Of a DNA stretch of 64,000 nucleotides, positions 36,873 through 46,282 are shown piece after piece. The stretch covers positions 1,518 through 65,517 of the forward strand of contig JBFYQX010000052.1 in assembly GCA_041302525.1 (NCBI GenBank), written 5' to 3'. The notes beneath the pieces were generated by a model that was not told the origin of the DNA, made no database searches, and saw only the letters and a list, made by a program, of their open reading frames with translations. This stretch comes from Candidatus Bipolaricaulota bacterium. GTDB lineage: Bacteria; Bipolaricaulota; Bipolaricaulia; UBA7950; UBA9294. Every line of letters starts with the position of its first letter. Position 1 is the first letter of the stretch. Made by a program: the position numbers and the translations under genes.

Positions 36873-38166
36873 ACCGCACGCCCATCGTCGCCAGTTCGGC
36901 GAGCACCGGGTCGTAGATCTCGCGGACCATCGGAACCTGGACGCCGGTGAGCCGGATCTCGCCCTGGAGGATCATCCGCGAGGCGATGGCCGCGGGGAGT
37001 CCGACCAGGCGCGACATCGACGTGTCGCCGTGGGGGATCCCGTAGTCGACCATCGTGGAGAAGACCTTCTCCCTTCGGCCAGGATACTCGACGAGGAACT
37101 CGTGCTGCATGACGAGCATGTCGCGTTCTCCAGGCGCGTACTGCATCTTCGCCAGCATGCGCTGCGCCAGAACGTCGAGGTAGGTCGTCGCGCCCTTGGG
37201 AAGAGGTTCGGTGCTCGTGAGCCCGAGCCAGACGAGGTCGGTGACGGGCTTCGCGTCGGGAGCGAGGCCGAGGTGCCGCGCGAGGTCGTTGGCCGTCGCC
37301 GCGCCCTTCAGTTCGAGAAGGCGTCCGGTCCACTGCGCGAACGTCAGGCCGCCTAGGTCCTTACGCTCCGCCTCATCGAGGATCCCGAGATCGACGACTG
37401 CCTTGAGCGTGTTGCACCAGCCCGGGTAGCGGAGCGTCCCACGGAACATGCTCCGGACGGTTGGAATGCCGTAGCTCTCGATGTACGGGACCGAGTCACG
37501 ATTCGGGTACACCTCCAGCTCGCCGAACCCGACGATCGGGCAAGCCCAGTGGTTGGCGAACAGCTCCGGGCCGGGAATGTCGATCATCGTCCCGTCCTTT
37601 AGGTAGCGCGCCGGGTTCTTGCCCGCCATCACGACGCCGCGCGGGGCCCACGAGAACTTGTAGCCCATCGGGTTCGTGTTCGCGTCGGGGGCCGGCAGCC
37701 CGCCCGTGTTCGACGTGAAGCCGACCAGCGTCCCGCCGTCATCGCGGATGCGGTGGATCATCTGCATCGCCGACATGTGGTCGATGCCCGGGTCGACGCC
37801 GATCTCGTTCAGCAAGATGACGCCCGCGGCGCGGGCCGCGCCGTCCTGAACGCGCATCGCGTCCTTCACGTAGGACGTCGTCACCATGTGCCGCTTGTGC
37901 TTGACGCACAGCCGCGCGACGAGCGGGTGGTGGGCGTAGGGGAGGAGGCTGATTGAGAGATCATGCTTCGCGACAAGCGCCTCGAGCGCCGTCTCGTCCT
38001 CGACATCGAGGGCCACGGCCGTGCCGTTCTTGGCGCCTCCGATGAGTTTCTCCGCCTTATCGACCGTGCGGGTGGCGACGGTGACGTGGAACTCCCTGAC
38101 GTTCAACAGGTAGCGAACGAGCGGGCCGGCGACGAGGCCGGCGCCGAGGACCAATACGGTGTGCAC
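36847..38166 (-). CDS. Saccharopine dehydrogenase (LYS9-type; saccharopine reductase family)
   Basis: 439 aa. N-terminal Rossmann fold VLVLGAGLVAG and the Sacchrp_dh C-terminal domain. Confidence 0.85.
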   Translation of the reverse strand: MHTVLVLGAGLVAGPLVRYLLNVREFHVTVATRTVDKAEKLIGGAKNGTAVALDVEDETALEALVAKHDLSISLLPYAHHPLVARLCVKHKRHMVTTSYVKDAMRVQDGAARAAGVILLNEIGVDPGIDHMSAMQMIHRIRDDGGTLVGFTSNTGGLPAPDANTNPMGYKFSWAPRGVVMAGKNPARYLKDGTMIDIPGPELFANHWACPIVGFGELEVYPNRDSVPYIESYGIPTVRSMFRGTLRYPGWCNTLKAVVDLGILDEAERKDLGGLTFAQWTGRLLELKGAATANDLARHLGLAPDAKPVTDLVWLGLTSTEPLPKGATTYLDVLAQRMLAKMQYAPGERDMLVMQHEFLVEYPGRREKVFSTMVDYGIPHGDTSMSRLVGLPAAIASRMILQGEIRLTGVQVPMVREIYDPVLAELATMGVRFTEKTTSV

Positions 38167-38186
38167 GGTGGCTCCTTCCCTGCGCC

Positions 38187-39497
38187 CTAGGCCGAGTTGA
38201 GGTGCTGCTCCAAGTACTGGTAGGCCGGCGTCAGCGCACCCTGGTAGGCGATGATCGCCCGCTTCAATTCCGGCGGCAGCTCGAGCTGCTCGAACTCCCG
38301 CGAGTAGTCGGCGCGGGCGATTGCGGGCACGAATCGCTTGAGGATCGTGCTGAAGTAGGCGGAGGCCTCGCGCGGCAACTCGCTGGGGAGGATCTCCACC
38401 GCCATGATCACCGGGCCGCGTCCGTCGACGCCCGCCGACGTGGTGCCCATCTCCGGTTGGTAGACGTAGATCGGCTCATCGGGCTCGGTGGCCTTCACCG
38501 TCACCTCGACCGATCCCTTGACATCGCAGGTGATGTCGCCGATCACCCGCAGACGCGGCTGCTCGTCGCGGTACAACTCGCGCACCATCTGGCGCGTAAT
38601 GAGTCGCGGGTACTTCGGCTCCCAGTAGATGCAGTTCGCCATGACATGCAGGTGCGGGACGTACTGGCCAAAGCACGACCCGTAGCGCTCCGGATGCTTG
38701 TAGTACTCCTCGAGGTCGAACGCGCGTCCGGCGATCAGCGGCCGCACCGTGTCCACTTCCTTGAACACGACCTTGACCACGACGTCCGCGCCGCTCGGCA
38801 GACGGCCCGCGAGCAGGTCGCCGGGCGAGATCTCGCGGATCGGCAGGAGGTCGAGGATCTCCTGCGCTCCGCGCGACACGTTGCCATAGCCGGTCACGCC
38901 AACGACGAGCGGCGAGACCTGGTCGGGCAGTCCCGTCGTGCGAATCGCGTCGCCGACGGCGCGGATCTCGGCCTTGGCCTCGTCGAGCGACGCGTATTGC
39001 GAGGCCTGGCGCAGCTCGGCGAATGGCGTCTCGATCCCCTCCCATTCAAGGCGTCGCCCAAGCGCCCACAGGGTGTCGATCATCCCGGCGAGCCCGGCAT
39101 AGTTGCCGAAAAAGACCAACCGCCGGCCGCGGTCGTCGACGATCTTCTCGTAGTCGACGATCGTCGACCCGATCTGCAAGATCCGATGCAGCATCGGCAT
39201 GTTGAACGGCTGGCCTTTGATCGTGTGGGAGAAGAAGACGTAGACCTTGTTCGGACGCAGGACGTCTACCGGGATCTCCTTCAGACCGACGATCACCGGG
39301 CAGTCGTCGAGGGTCTCGACAACGGGGATCCCCACCCGCCGGTATTCGTCGTCGTGGTAGATGCGGCGATCTGAGGACTGGACGACGCACTCGAGCTTGT
39401 GCTCGGCGACCAGTTCCCGGACATGCTCGGGGATGAGGGGCGCACGGCGCTCCCACGCGTAGAGGTCCTCCCGCCGAATGCCGATCCTGTTCACCAT
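38187..39497 (-). CDS. Lysine-ketoglutarate reductase / saccharopine dehydrogenase (L-lysine-forming), in the alanine dehydrogenase/PNT family
   Basis: 437 aa from MVNRIGIRRE. Whole-length similarity to LKR/LYS1-type enzymes. RBS GGGAG. Confidence 0.85.
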   Translation of the reverse strand: MVNRIGIRREDLYAWERRAPLIPEHVRELVAEHKLECVVQSSDRRIYHDDEYRRVGIPVVETLDDCPVIVGLKEIPVDVLRPNKVYVFFSHTIKGQPFNMPMLHRILQIGSTIVDYEKIVDDRGRRLVFFGNYAGLAGMIDTLWALGRRLEWEGIETPFAELRQASQYASLDEAKAEIRAVGDAIRTTGLPDQVSPLVVGVTGYGNVSRGAQEILDLLPIREISPGDLLAGRLPSGADVVVKVVFKEVDTVRPLIAGRAFDLEEYYKHPERYGSCFGQYVPHLHVMANCIYWEPKYPRLITRQMVRELYRDEQPRLRVIGDITCDVKGSVEVTVKATEPDEPIYVYQPEMGTTSAGVDGRGPVIMAVEILPSELPREASAYFSTILKRFVPAIARADYSREFEQLELPPELKRAIIAYQGALTPAYQYLEQHLNSA

Positions 39498-39512
39498 TCG
39501 ACGTCTCCCTTC

Positions 39513-39530
39513 CACGTTCGAGAGAACGTG
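39513..39530. promoter_or_regulatory. Perfect palindrome CACGTTC-GAGA-GAACGTG immediately upstream of the LKR RBS; candidate operator
   Basis: 7-bp arms with a 4-bp spacer, 16 nt upstream of the ATG at 39497. Confidence 0.3.
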
Positions 39531-39613
39531 CTCCCTAGAGTGCGGTCAGTATACCGGATGGCGGAGGCCGATGCACGGATCCGCACAATGGTTGGGCCGT
39601 TCGCGCGAGGGAG

Positions 39614-40390
39614 CTAGCGCCCTCCCCAGACCTCGAACGCCCGGCGGCCCTCGGCGCGGTGGAACGCCCAGGCGACGAGCGCGCTGCTGTCGCGGTGGAA
39701 GGTCTCGCCGCGCTCGTCGAGCCAGGCGTCAAGGGTGCCGACGAACGATCTCAGGCCCTCCGGCGACGGCGGCACGAACGCGGCCTCGATCGCCCCGAGG
39801 AGGTTCGCGGGCACGGCCAGCGCGGCCAGCTCCTGCTCGATCCAGTGCGGCGTGGCCGGCCACGACCCCCGCGCCAGGAACAGGACCTTGACGAGCGCTG
39901 CGAGGGCGTTGTGGTGAAGGAGCGCGAGATTGAGGCTTCCGCCGCGCTCGCGCGTCTTGCGCGCCCGCCCCAGCGCGAAGCGGAACTCGAGGTAGTGGAC
40001 GCGCAACCGATCGCCGCGCACGGCCTCCGGCAGCGCGGCGCAGGCCGCGACGACGCGCGCGATGAGACCCTCGGGATCGTGAAGGATCACGGCGTGCTGG
40101 TACGGGTAGTGGAAAAGGTCGAGCGTCGATGCCGGAAGCGCCTCAAACTCAGACCGCGGCCGAAGGTAGAACTCGTAATCCACCACGCGCTTCTCGTCGT
40201 CCCTATACGCGAACACCTGCCGCTCGTCGTCGGGCATCGCGTCGTAGACGGCGTCTTCGACGACGACTTCGATGTCGAGGTCGGACAGCGCATCGCGCTG
40301 CGGGCGCGTCGCCGAGCCGACGAGGTACGCCCCCACGGTGCCCGCGCGGTCTGCGTACGGACGGACAAGAGAGAGAGAGCGTTCGATCAC
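39614..40390 (-). CDS. Nucleotidyltransferase-domain protein (pol-beta superfamily, aminoglycoside NTase-like)
   Basis: GS-x9-DxD motif (LVGSATRPQRDALSDLDIEVVV). Confidence 0.65.
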   Translation of the reverse strand: MIERSLSLVRPYADRAGTVGAYLVGSATRPQRDALSDLDIEVVVEDAVYDAMPDDERQVFAYRDDEKRVVDYEFYLRPRSEFEALPASTLDLFHYPYQHAVILHDPEGLIARVVAACAALPEAVRGDRLRVHYLEFRFALGRARKTRERGGSLNLALLHHNALAALVKVLFLARGSWPATPHWIEQELAALAVPANLLGAIEAAFVPPSPEGLRSFVGTLDAWLDERGETFHRDSSALVAWAFHRAEGRRAFEVWGGR

Positions 40391-40442
40391 GACCGTCTCC
40401 TGGTGACAAAAGGGGCGACGCCGCAGGCGGACTGCAGCGCTG

Positions 40443-40515
40443 TGGGTGGTACAGGGCTCGAACCTGTGACCTCATGCACGTCAAGCATGCGCTCTCCCAA
40501 CTGAGCTAACCACCC
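40443..40515 (-). tRNA. tRNA-Val (anticodon GAC)
   Basis: Reverse complement is GGGTGGTTAGCTCAGTTGGGAGAGCGCATGCTTGACGTGCATGAGGTCACAGGTTCGAGCCCTGTACCACCCA. Cloverleaf with a GGTTCGAGCC T-loop and anticodon loop CTTGACG. Confidence 0.85.
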
Positions 40516-40524
40516 CTGAGGCTG

Positions 40525-40596
40525 AGGCGGCGACCGGATTCGAACCGGTGAATCAGGGATTTGCAGTCCCTTGCCTTACCACTTGGCTACACCGCC
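40525..40596 (-). tRNA. tRNA-Cys (anticodon GCA)
   Basis: Reverse complement is GGCGGTGTAGCCAAGTGGTAAGGCAAGGGACTGCAAATCCCTGATTCACCGGTTCGAATCCGGTCGCCGCCT. Anticodon loop CTGCAAA, T-loop TTCGAAT. Confidence 0.85.
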
Positions 40597-40729
40597 ACGC
40601 CGTCGGAGTATACGGACTCGCGAAGACCCGGTCAATCGCGCGTACAGGCCTCGACGTCGCGGCGCGCCCCTTGCCTATCTAGTGAGGTTGGATGTAAGAT
40701 CAGAGGTGATCCTGAGAAAGGAGATCCTT

Positions 40730-42553
40730 ATGAAGATACCTCTGCGGCCGTGGATTCTCGCCACAGCCTTCGTCGCGACGGCGGGCGCGCTCGCCTGCGC
40801 CGGGCCGGTTCCTACGATCTCACGGGCGGTCGGCCAGGCGACGCCGACGCGCGCCGAGCCCCTCTTCTTCTCGGTCGTCTTCTCGGAGCCGGTCACGGGA
40901 TTCGACGCATCCGACGTCATCCTGTCGATCCCCGCAACCGTCACGGTGTCCGCGAGCCCGCCGCATGACGGGGCCACCTACGCGGTCTCGGTCTCGGCCG
41001 TGGCGACGGACGGACAGGTCTGTCTGGCGATCCCGGCCGAAGCGGCCGTCGGCCTCGACGGCGCACCGAGCGAGTCCTGCGCCGGCGCCGACCCGTGCGT
41101 GACGCTCGATCGACAGCCACCGCCGCCGCCGGAACTCGTCGAACCCGCAGACGCCGCGGCGACCTCCGACCTGTCGCCGCGCTTCGCCTGGACCGCGCCC
41201 GCCGACCTCTCAGGCGTCGCCAAGTACGAGATCGAGATCCGCGGCCCGAAGCCGCGCGACTACGTGACGACGCGGACGTCGTACACGCCAACGCTCGGGA
41301 TCGAGGGGATCTACACCTGGCGCGTGAACGCGCTCGATCGCGCCGAAAACCTGGGAGACTGGACCTCGTGGCGGACGCTCGTCCTCGACGCGACCCCGCC
41401 CACCGCGCCAGGCTTTGGGACCGCGTCGGTTGCGCCGGGAGCTTGGTCGCGATCCGAGGAGGTCATCCTCGATGTCACATCGGCGTCAGACGCGGGGTCC
41501 GGCGTCGGCGGCTACTGCGTCGCGTGGACGCCGGCGTCGGACAGCGCGCCGGGCGGGAGCGCTAACCGCGGCCCGGACTGGAACTGCGAGGTCCACGCGT
41601 TCCCGCTGGACGGCATCTGGTGGGGCCACGCGGTGGCCGTCGACACCGCCGGCAACCGCAGCGCGCCCTGTCACGCTGGCCCCTTTCTCATCGATCGCAC
41701 GCCGCCGACCTTGGGCGGATGGAGTGGAACGCTTCGCCTGCCCAACGACCCGGGCTGCCTGTGGGCAACCGCCGACTGGTCGGCGGTCGTCGCCGACGAC
41801 GCCCTCGACCCCGCGCCGAGCCTCGCGTTCTCCGTCCCCGCCGGCGCTCGACTCCCGATTGGAGCGTCCGACGTCCTGGTCACCGCCGCGGACCGCGCCG
41901 GGAACACCGTGACGGAACGTATCGAGGTCCTCGTCGACAACACCGAGCCGCCGGTCGTCCGCATCGACGCCCCGCGGCCGGGGGCGCGGATCCCGCTCGG
42001 CGCGGCCATCGCGCCCACCTGGGCGTCGACGTCGCTCGCACCCGTCCGCACGGTGCGGACAGAAGGCCTGGTGGGCGGCGCGCTCGACGCGCGGTCCCCA
42101 GGTCGCCACGTATTCGTCGTCACGGTGACCGACGCAACCGGCCTCTCGGCCGCGGCAGAAGTCCACTACGTCGTGACGTACGCTGCGGTCCGCGTCGACT
42201 TTCTCCGCGTCGCCCCGAACGGCGCGGAGCAGACTCTCTCGCCCAGCCCCGCGGCCCAAGCGGGCGAAGGTCCCGTGCCACGCATCGGGCTCGCCGAGTG
42301 GCTGCGCGTCCGCTGCGCGGTCGACGCGTCGCTCGCCGGCCTCCCGCGAGCACCGGTCACGTTCTCGCTCGTCCGCGTGGATCCGGCGCGTCCAGGCGAA
42401 CCAGTCCTGGAGCGCGTCGGCGTGCTGCGCGATGACGGGATGACGTACGCGCTCGACCTCCCGCTCGTCGTCTTCCGACCCGGGCGCTACACCCTGTGGC
42501 TCGGCTTCGTCGACGCGACAAGCGTGGAGTTTCGGTTCGACCTCGCCGGCTGA
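40730..42553 (+). CDS. Secreted protein with several Ig-like/FN3-like repeats (signal peptide; 607 aa)
   Basis: ATG 40730 follows AAAGGAG. Signal peptide MKIPLRPWILATAFVATAGALACA. Repeated beta-sandwich-type motifs (SGVAKYEIEI, GSGVGGYCVAW, PPTAPG...). Confidence 0.75.
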   Translation: MKIPLRPWILATAFVATAGALACAGPVPTISRAVGQATPTRAEPLFFSVVFSEPVTGFDASDVILSIPATVTVSASPPHDGATYAVSVSAVATDGQVCLAIPAEAAVGLDGAPSESCAGADPCVTLDRQPPPPPELVEPADAAATSDLSPRFAWTAPADLSGVAKYEIEIRGPKPRDYVTTRTSYTPTLGIEGIYTWRVNALDRAENLGDWTSWRTLVLDATPPTAPGFGTASVAPGAWSRSEEVILDVTSASDAGSGVGGYCVAWTPASDSAPGGSANRGPDWNCEVHAFPLDGIWWGHAVAVDTAGNRSAPCHAGPFLIDRTPPTLGGWSGTLRLPNDPGCLWATADWSAVVADDALDPAPSLAFSVPAGARLPIGASDVLVTAADRAGNTVTERIEVLVDNTEPPVVRIDAPRPGARIPLGAAIAPTWASTSLAPVRTVRTEGLVGGALDARSPGRHVFVVTVTDATGLSAAAEVHYVVTYAAVRVDFLRVAPNGAEQTLSPSPAAQAGEGPVPRIGLAEWLRVRCAVDASLAGLPRAPVTFSLVRVDPARPGEPVLERVGVLRDDGMTYALDLPLVVFRPGRYTLWLGFVDATSVEFRFDLAG

Positions 42554-42555
42554 GA

Positions 42556-43566
42556 GGAGCGAAACCGCAGAGGCCGCAGAGGGCGCAGAGGGAGCCCGGA
42601 CGCTGGAGCGTCGCATCCTCTTGCGACGTTGGCAGGTTGAACGAGGCACCGCAGAGATCGCAGCGACGCAGACACCGGGAACCTGATTCACCGCAGAGGG
42701 CGCGGAGGTCGCAGAGGAAGCCCGGTCGCTGGAGCGTCGCACGTGAGTGCGACGTTGGCAGGTCGAACAAGGCGCCGCAGAGACCGCGGCGGTGCAAGTA
42801 CCGGGGACCTGATTCACCGCAGAGGGCGCAGAGGCCACAAAGGAGGACTGGTTCGCCGTGGTATTGCACGTGAGTGGGACGTTGGCATGTCGAACAGCGC
42901 GCCGCAGAGATCGCAGCGGCGCAGATACCGGGAACCCGATTCACCGCAGAGGGCGCGGAGGTCGCAGAGGGAGCCCGGACGCTGGAGCGTCGCATCTTCT
43001 TGCGACGTTGGCATGTCGAACGAGGCGCCGCAGAGATCGCAGCAGGGCAAAAGTGCCGGGAACCTGACTCACCGCAGAGGCCGCAGAGGGCGCAAAGGCC
43101 AAAGAGGAAGACAAGTTCGCCGTGGCGTGGCACGTGAGTGCGACGTTGGCGTGTCGAGCAAGGCGCCGCAGAGATCGCGGCGGTGCAAGTGCCGGGAACC
43201 TGATTCACCGCAGGGGACGCTGAAGGCGCAGAGGAAGACAGGTTCGCTGGAGCGTCGCACGTGAGTGCGACGTTGGCATGTCGAACAGCGCGCCGCAGAG
43301 ATCGCAGCAGGGCAAGTGCCGGGAACCTGATTCACCGCGGAGGACGCTGAGGGCGCAGAGGAAGACAGGTTCGCCGTGGTATCGCACGTGAGTGGGGATG
43401 TTGGCATGTCGAACAGCGCGCCGCAGAGATCGCAGCAGGGCAAGTGCCGGGAACCTGATTCACCGCGGAGGACGCTGAGGGCGCAGAGGAAGACAGGTTC
43501 GCCGTGGCGTGGCACGTGAGTGCGACGTTGGCATGTCGAACAGGGCGTCGTGACCGGGCTCACGAG
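42556..43566. repeat. Tandem array of about 8 degenerate 126-139 bp units. Each unit carries a GNRA-capped hairpin (CGTCGCAC-GTGA-GTGCGACG) and a second hairpin (GCCGC-agagatcgca-GCGGC).
   Basis: The recurring string CCGGGAACCTGATTCACCGC[AG]GAG sits near 42664, 42791, 42930, 43056, 43192, 43318 and 43447. The whole unit is conserved with point variation, so there are no unique spacers. Unit lengths are mostly not multiples of 3, which makes overlapping track ORFs spurious. Confidence 0.8.
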
Positions 43567-43768
43567 TCAGCGTCCGGGCGACTCGATGGTCGGCCGCAGT
43601 TGCTCCGCGTCTTCTGTTCGCTACGCGTTGCGGGGTGTTGCGAGCTGTGCCCGGCGAGTGCAGAGGACGTTGCGCTTTCGCCCGTTCTCGGTCGTCTCTG
43701 CGCCCTCGGCGCGACGGCCTCCGCGCGCTCTGCGTTGCTCTTGTGCTCTGGGTTTTCCGAGCGCGCGG

Positions 43769-45214
<1,446 letters not shown>

Positions 45215-46069
45215 CTAGTTCCCTCTCAGGGCCTCGGCGCCGCCGAGGATGTCGGCGATCTCCCGAGTGATCGACTGCTGCCGCGCCCGGTTGTAGGAAC
45301 GCCGCAGGGTGTTGAGCAACTCCTCCGCGTTGTCGGTCGCGTTCTTCATCGCCTGGCGCCGGATGGCCTCCTCGCTCGTCTTCGTCTCGATCATGGCCGC
45401 GTACAGCTTGACGCGAACGTAGAGCGGGAGCGTGTGGGCGATGGCGGTCGCCAGGTCCGGCTCGACGAGCGCCTCGCCCGGCTCCGCCGCGACGGCCACC
45501 GGCAGGAGGTCCGTCACGGTGGGCTTCTGCGACAGATCAGAGACAAACCGCATGTACACCAAGCGAACCCGGCCCACCTCGCCGGCGAGGAAGAGGCCCA
45601 TCGCCTCGTCGGCGATGCGGGCCGCGGCCTCCCACGTCGGCGGCTCGTAGACGTTGGCGTAGACGCGCAAGGGCTCGATCCCACGCCGCGCGAAGTAGGC
45701 GCGCGCCTTTTCGCCGCCGGCCAGGATCCGTGCGCCCGGCCCCGCCGCGACCAGTTCGTCCTCGGCCGCCTTGTTCAGTTCGCCCTTATAGCGCTCGCAC
45801 AGACCGCGGTCGGAGTTGAGGACCAGCACGCCCGCCTTCTCCGGGCCGCGATCGACGCGGAGCGGGTGGAGCGGAGCGTCGGCCGCCTGCTGTCCGACTA
45901 GCTTTCGCGTAAACGCCTCGAGGTCGGCCACGTACGGGCGCACGTGGGCGAGCCGCTTCTTGAGCCGCGTGACCTTGGTCATCGCGATCGCGTTCATCGC
46001 GTTGGTGATTTGGGCGATGTCCTCGATATTCGAGATCCGCCCTTTGATCGCGCGAACGTACTGCGCCAT
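45215..46069 (-). CDS. atpG: F1Fo ATP synthase gamma subunit
   Basis: 284 aa. N-terminal MAQYVRAIKGRISNIEDIAQITNAM... and the C-terminal helix ...IQGMQ motif. AGGAGGGG lies upstream. Confidence 0.9.
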   Translation of the reverse strand: MAQYVRAIKGRISNIEDIAQITNAMNAIAMTKVTRLKKRLAHVRPYVADLEAFTRKLVGQQAADAPLHPLRVDRGPEKAGVLVLNSDRGLCERYKGELNKAAEDELVAAGPGARILAGGEKARAYFARRGIEPLRVYANVYEPPTWEAAARIADEAMGLFLAGEVGRVRLVYMRFVSDLSQKPTVTDLLPVAVAAEPGEALVEPDLATAIAHTLPLYVRVKLYAAMIETKTSEEAIRRQAMKNATDNAEELLNTLRRSYNRARQQSITREIADILGGAEALRGN

Positions 46070-46282
46070 TGCCTAGCCCCTCCTGCTCTCCACGCCCGGC
46101 ATCGCTTGTCGGCGGAGGGCGATGTCCTCGAGTTTCGAGATCCGCCCTTTGATCGCGCGAACGTACTGCGCCATCGCCTAGCCCCTCCTGCTCTCCACGC
46201 CCGGCATCGCTTGTCGGCGGAGGGCGATGTCCTCGATACTCGAGATCCGCCCTTTGATCGCCCGCACGTCGTGAGTCACGGG
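46070..46282 (-). repeat. Two extra tandem copies of the atpG 5' region (leader with RBS plus the first 17 codons, about 112 nt each), between the atpA stop and the atpG start
   Basis: Copy 2 (46070-46181) is near-identical to the authentic leader and start. It has its own RBS and ATG and would encode a 33-aa read-out peptide, MAQYVRAIKGRISKLEDIALRRQAMPGVESRRG. Copy 3 (46182-46282) is more diverged and has no ATG. Confidence 0.8.

Noticed and set aside
42357-43264. Track ORFs of 125-283 aa running through the repeat array on both strands (42357..43208, 42743..43264, 43069..43563 and others)
   Set aside because: Cys/Arg/Ser-rich low-complexity translations. The repeat period is mostly not a multiple of 3, so the repeated peptide motifs fall in different frames. 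These are open frames typical of a high-GC background.
42556-43566. CRISPR array interpretation of the tandem repeats
   Set aside because: Units are about 126-139 bp and homologous along their whole length. There are no short constant repeats separated by unique spacers, and no cas genes in the window.
43567-43768. Search for atpC (the epsilon subunit) downstream of atpD
   Set aside because: No ORF of adequate length or composition in any frame. The only candidate (43621..43878, minus) overlaps the atpD 3' end and is Arg-rich.
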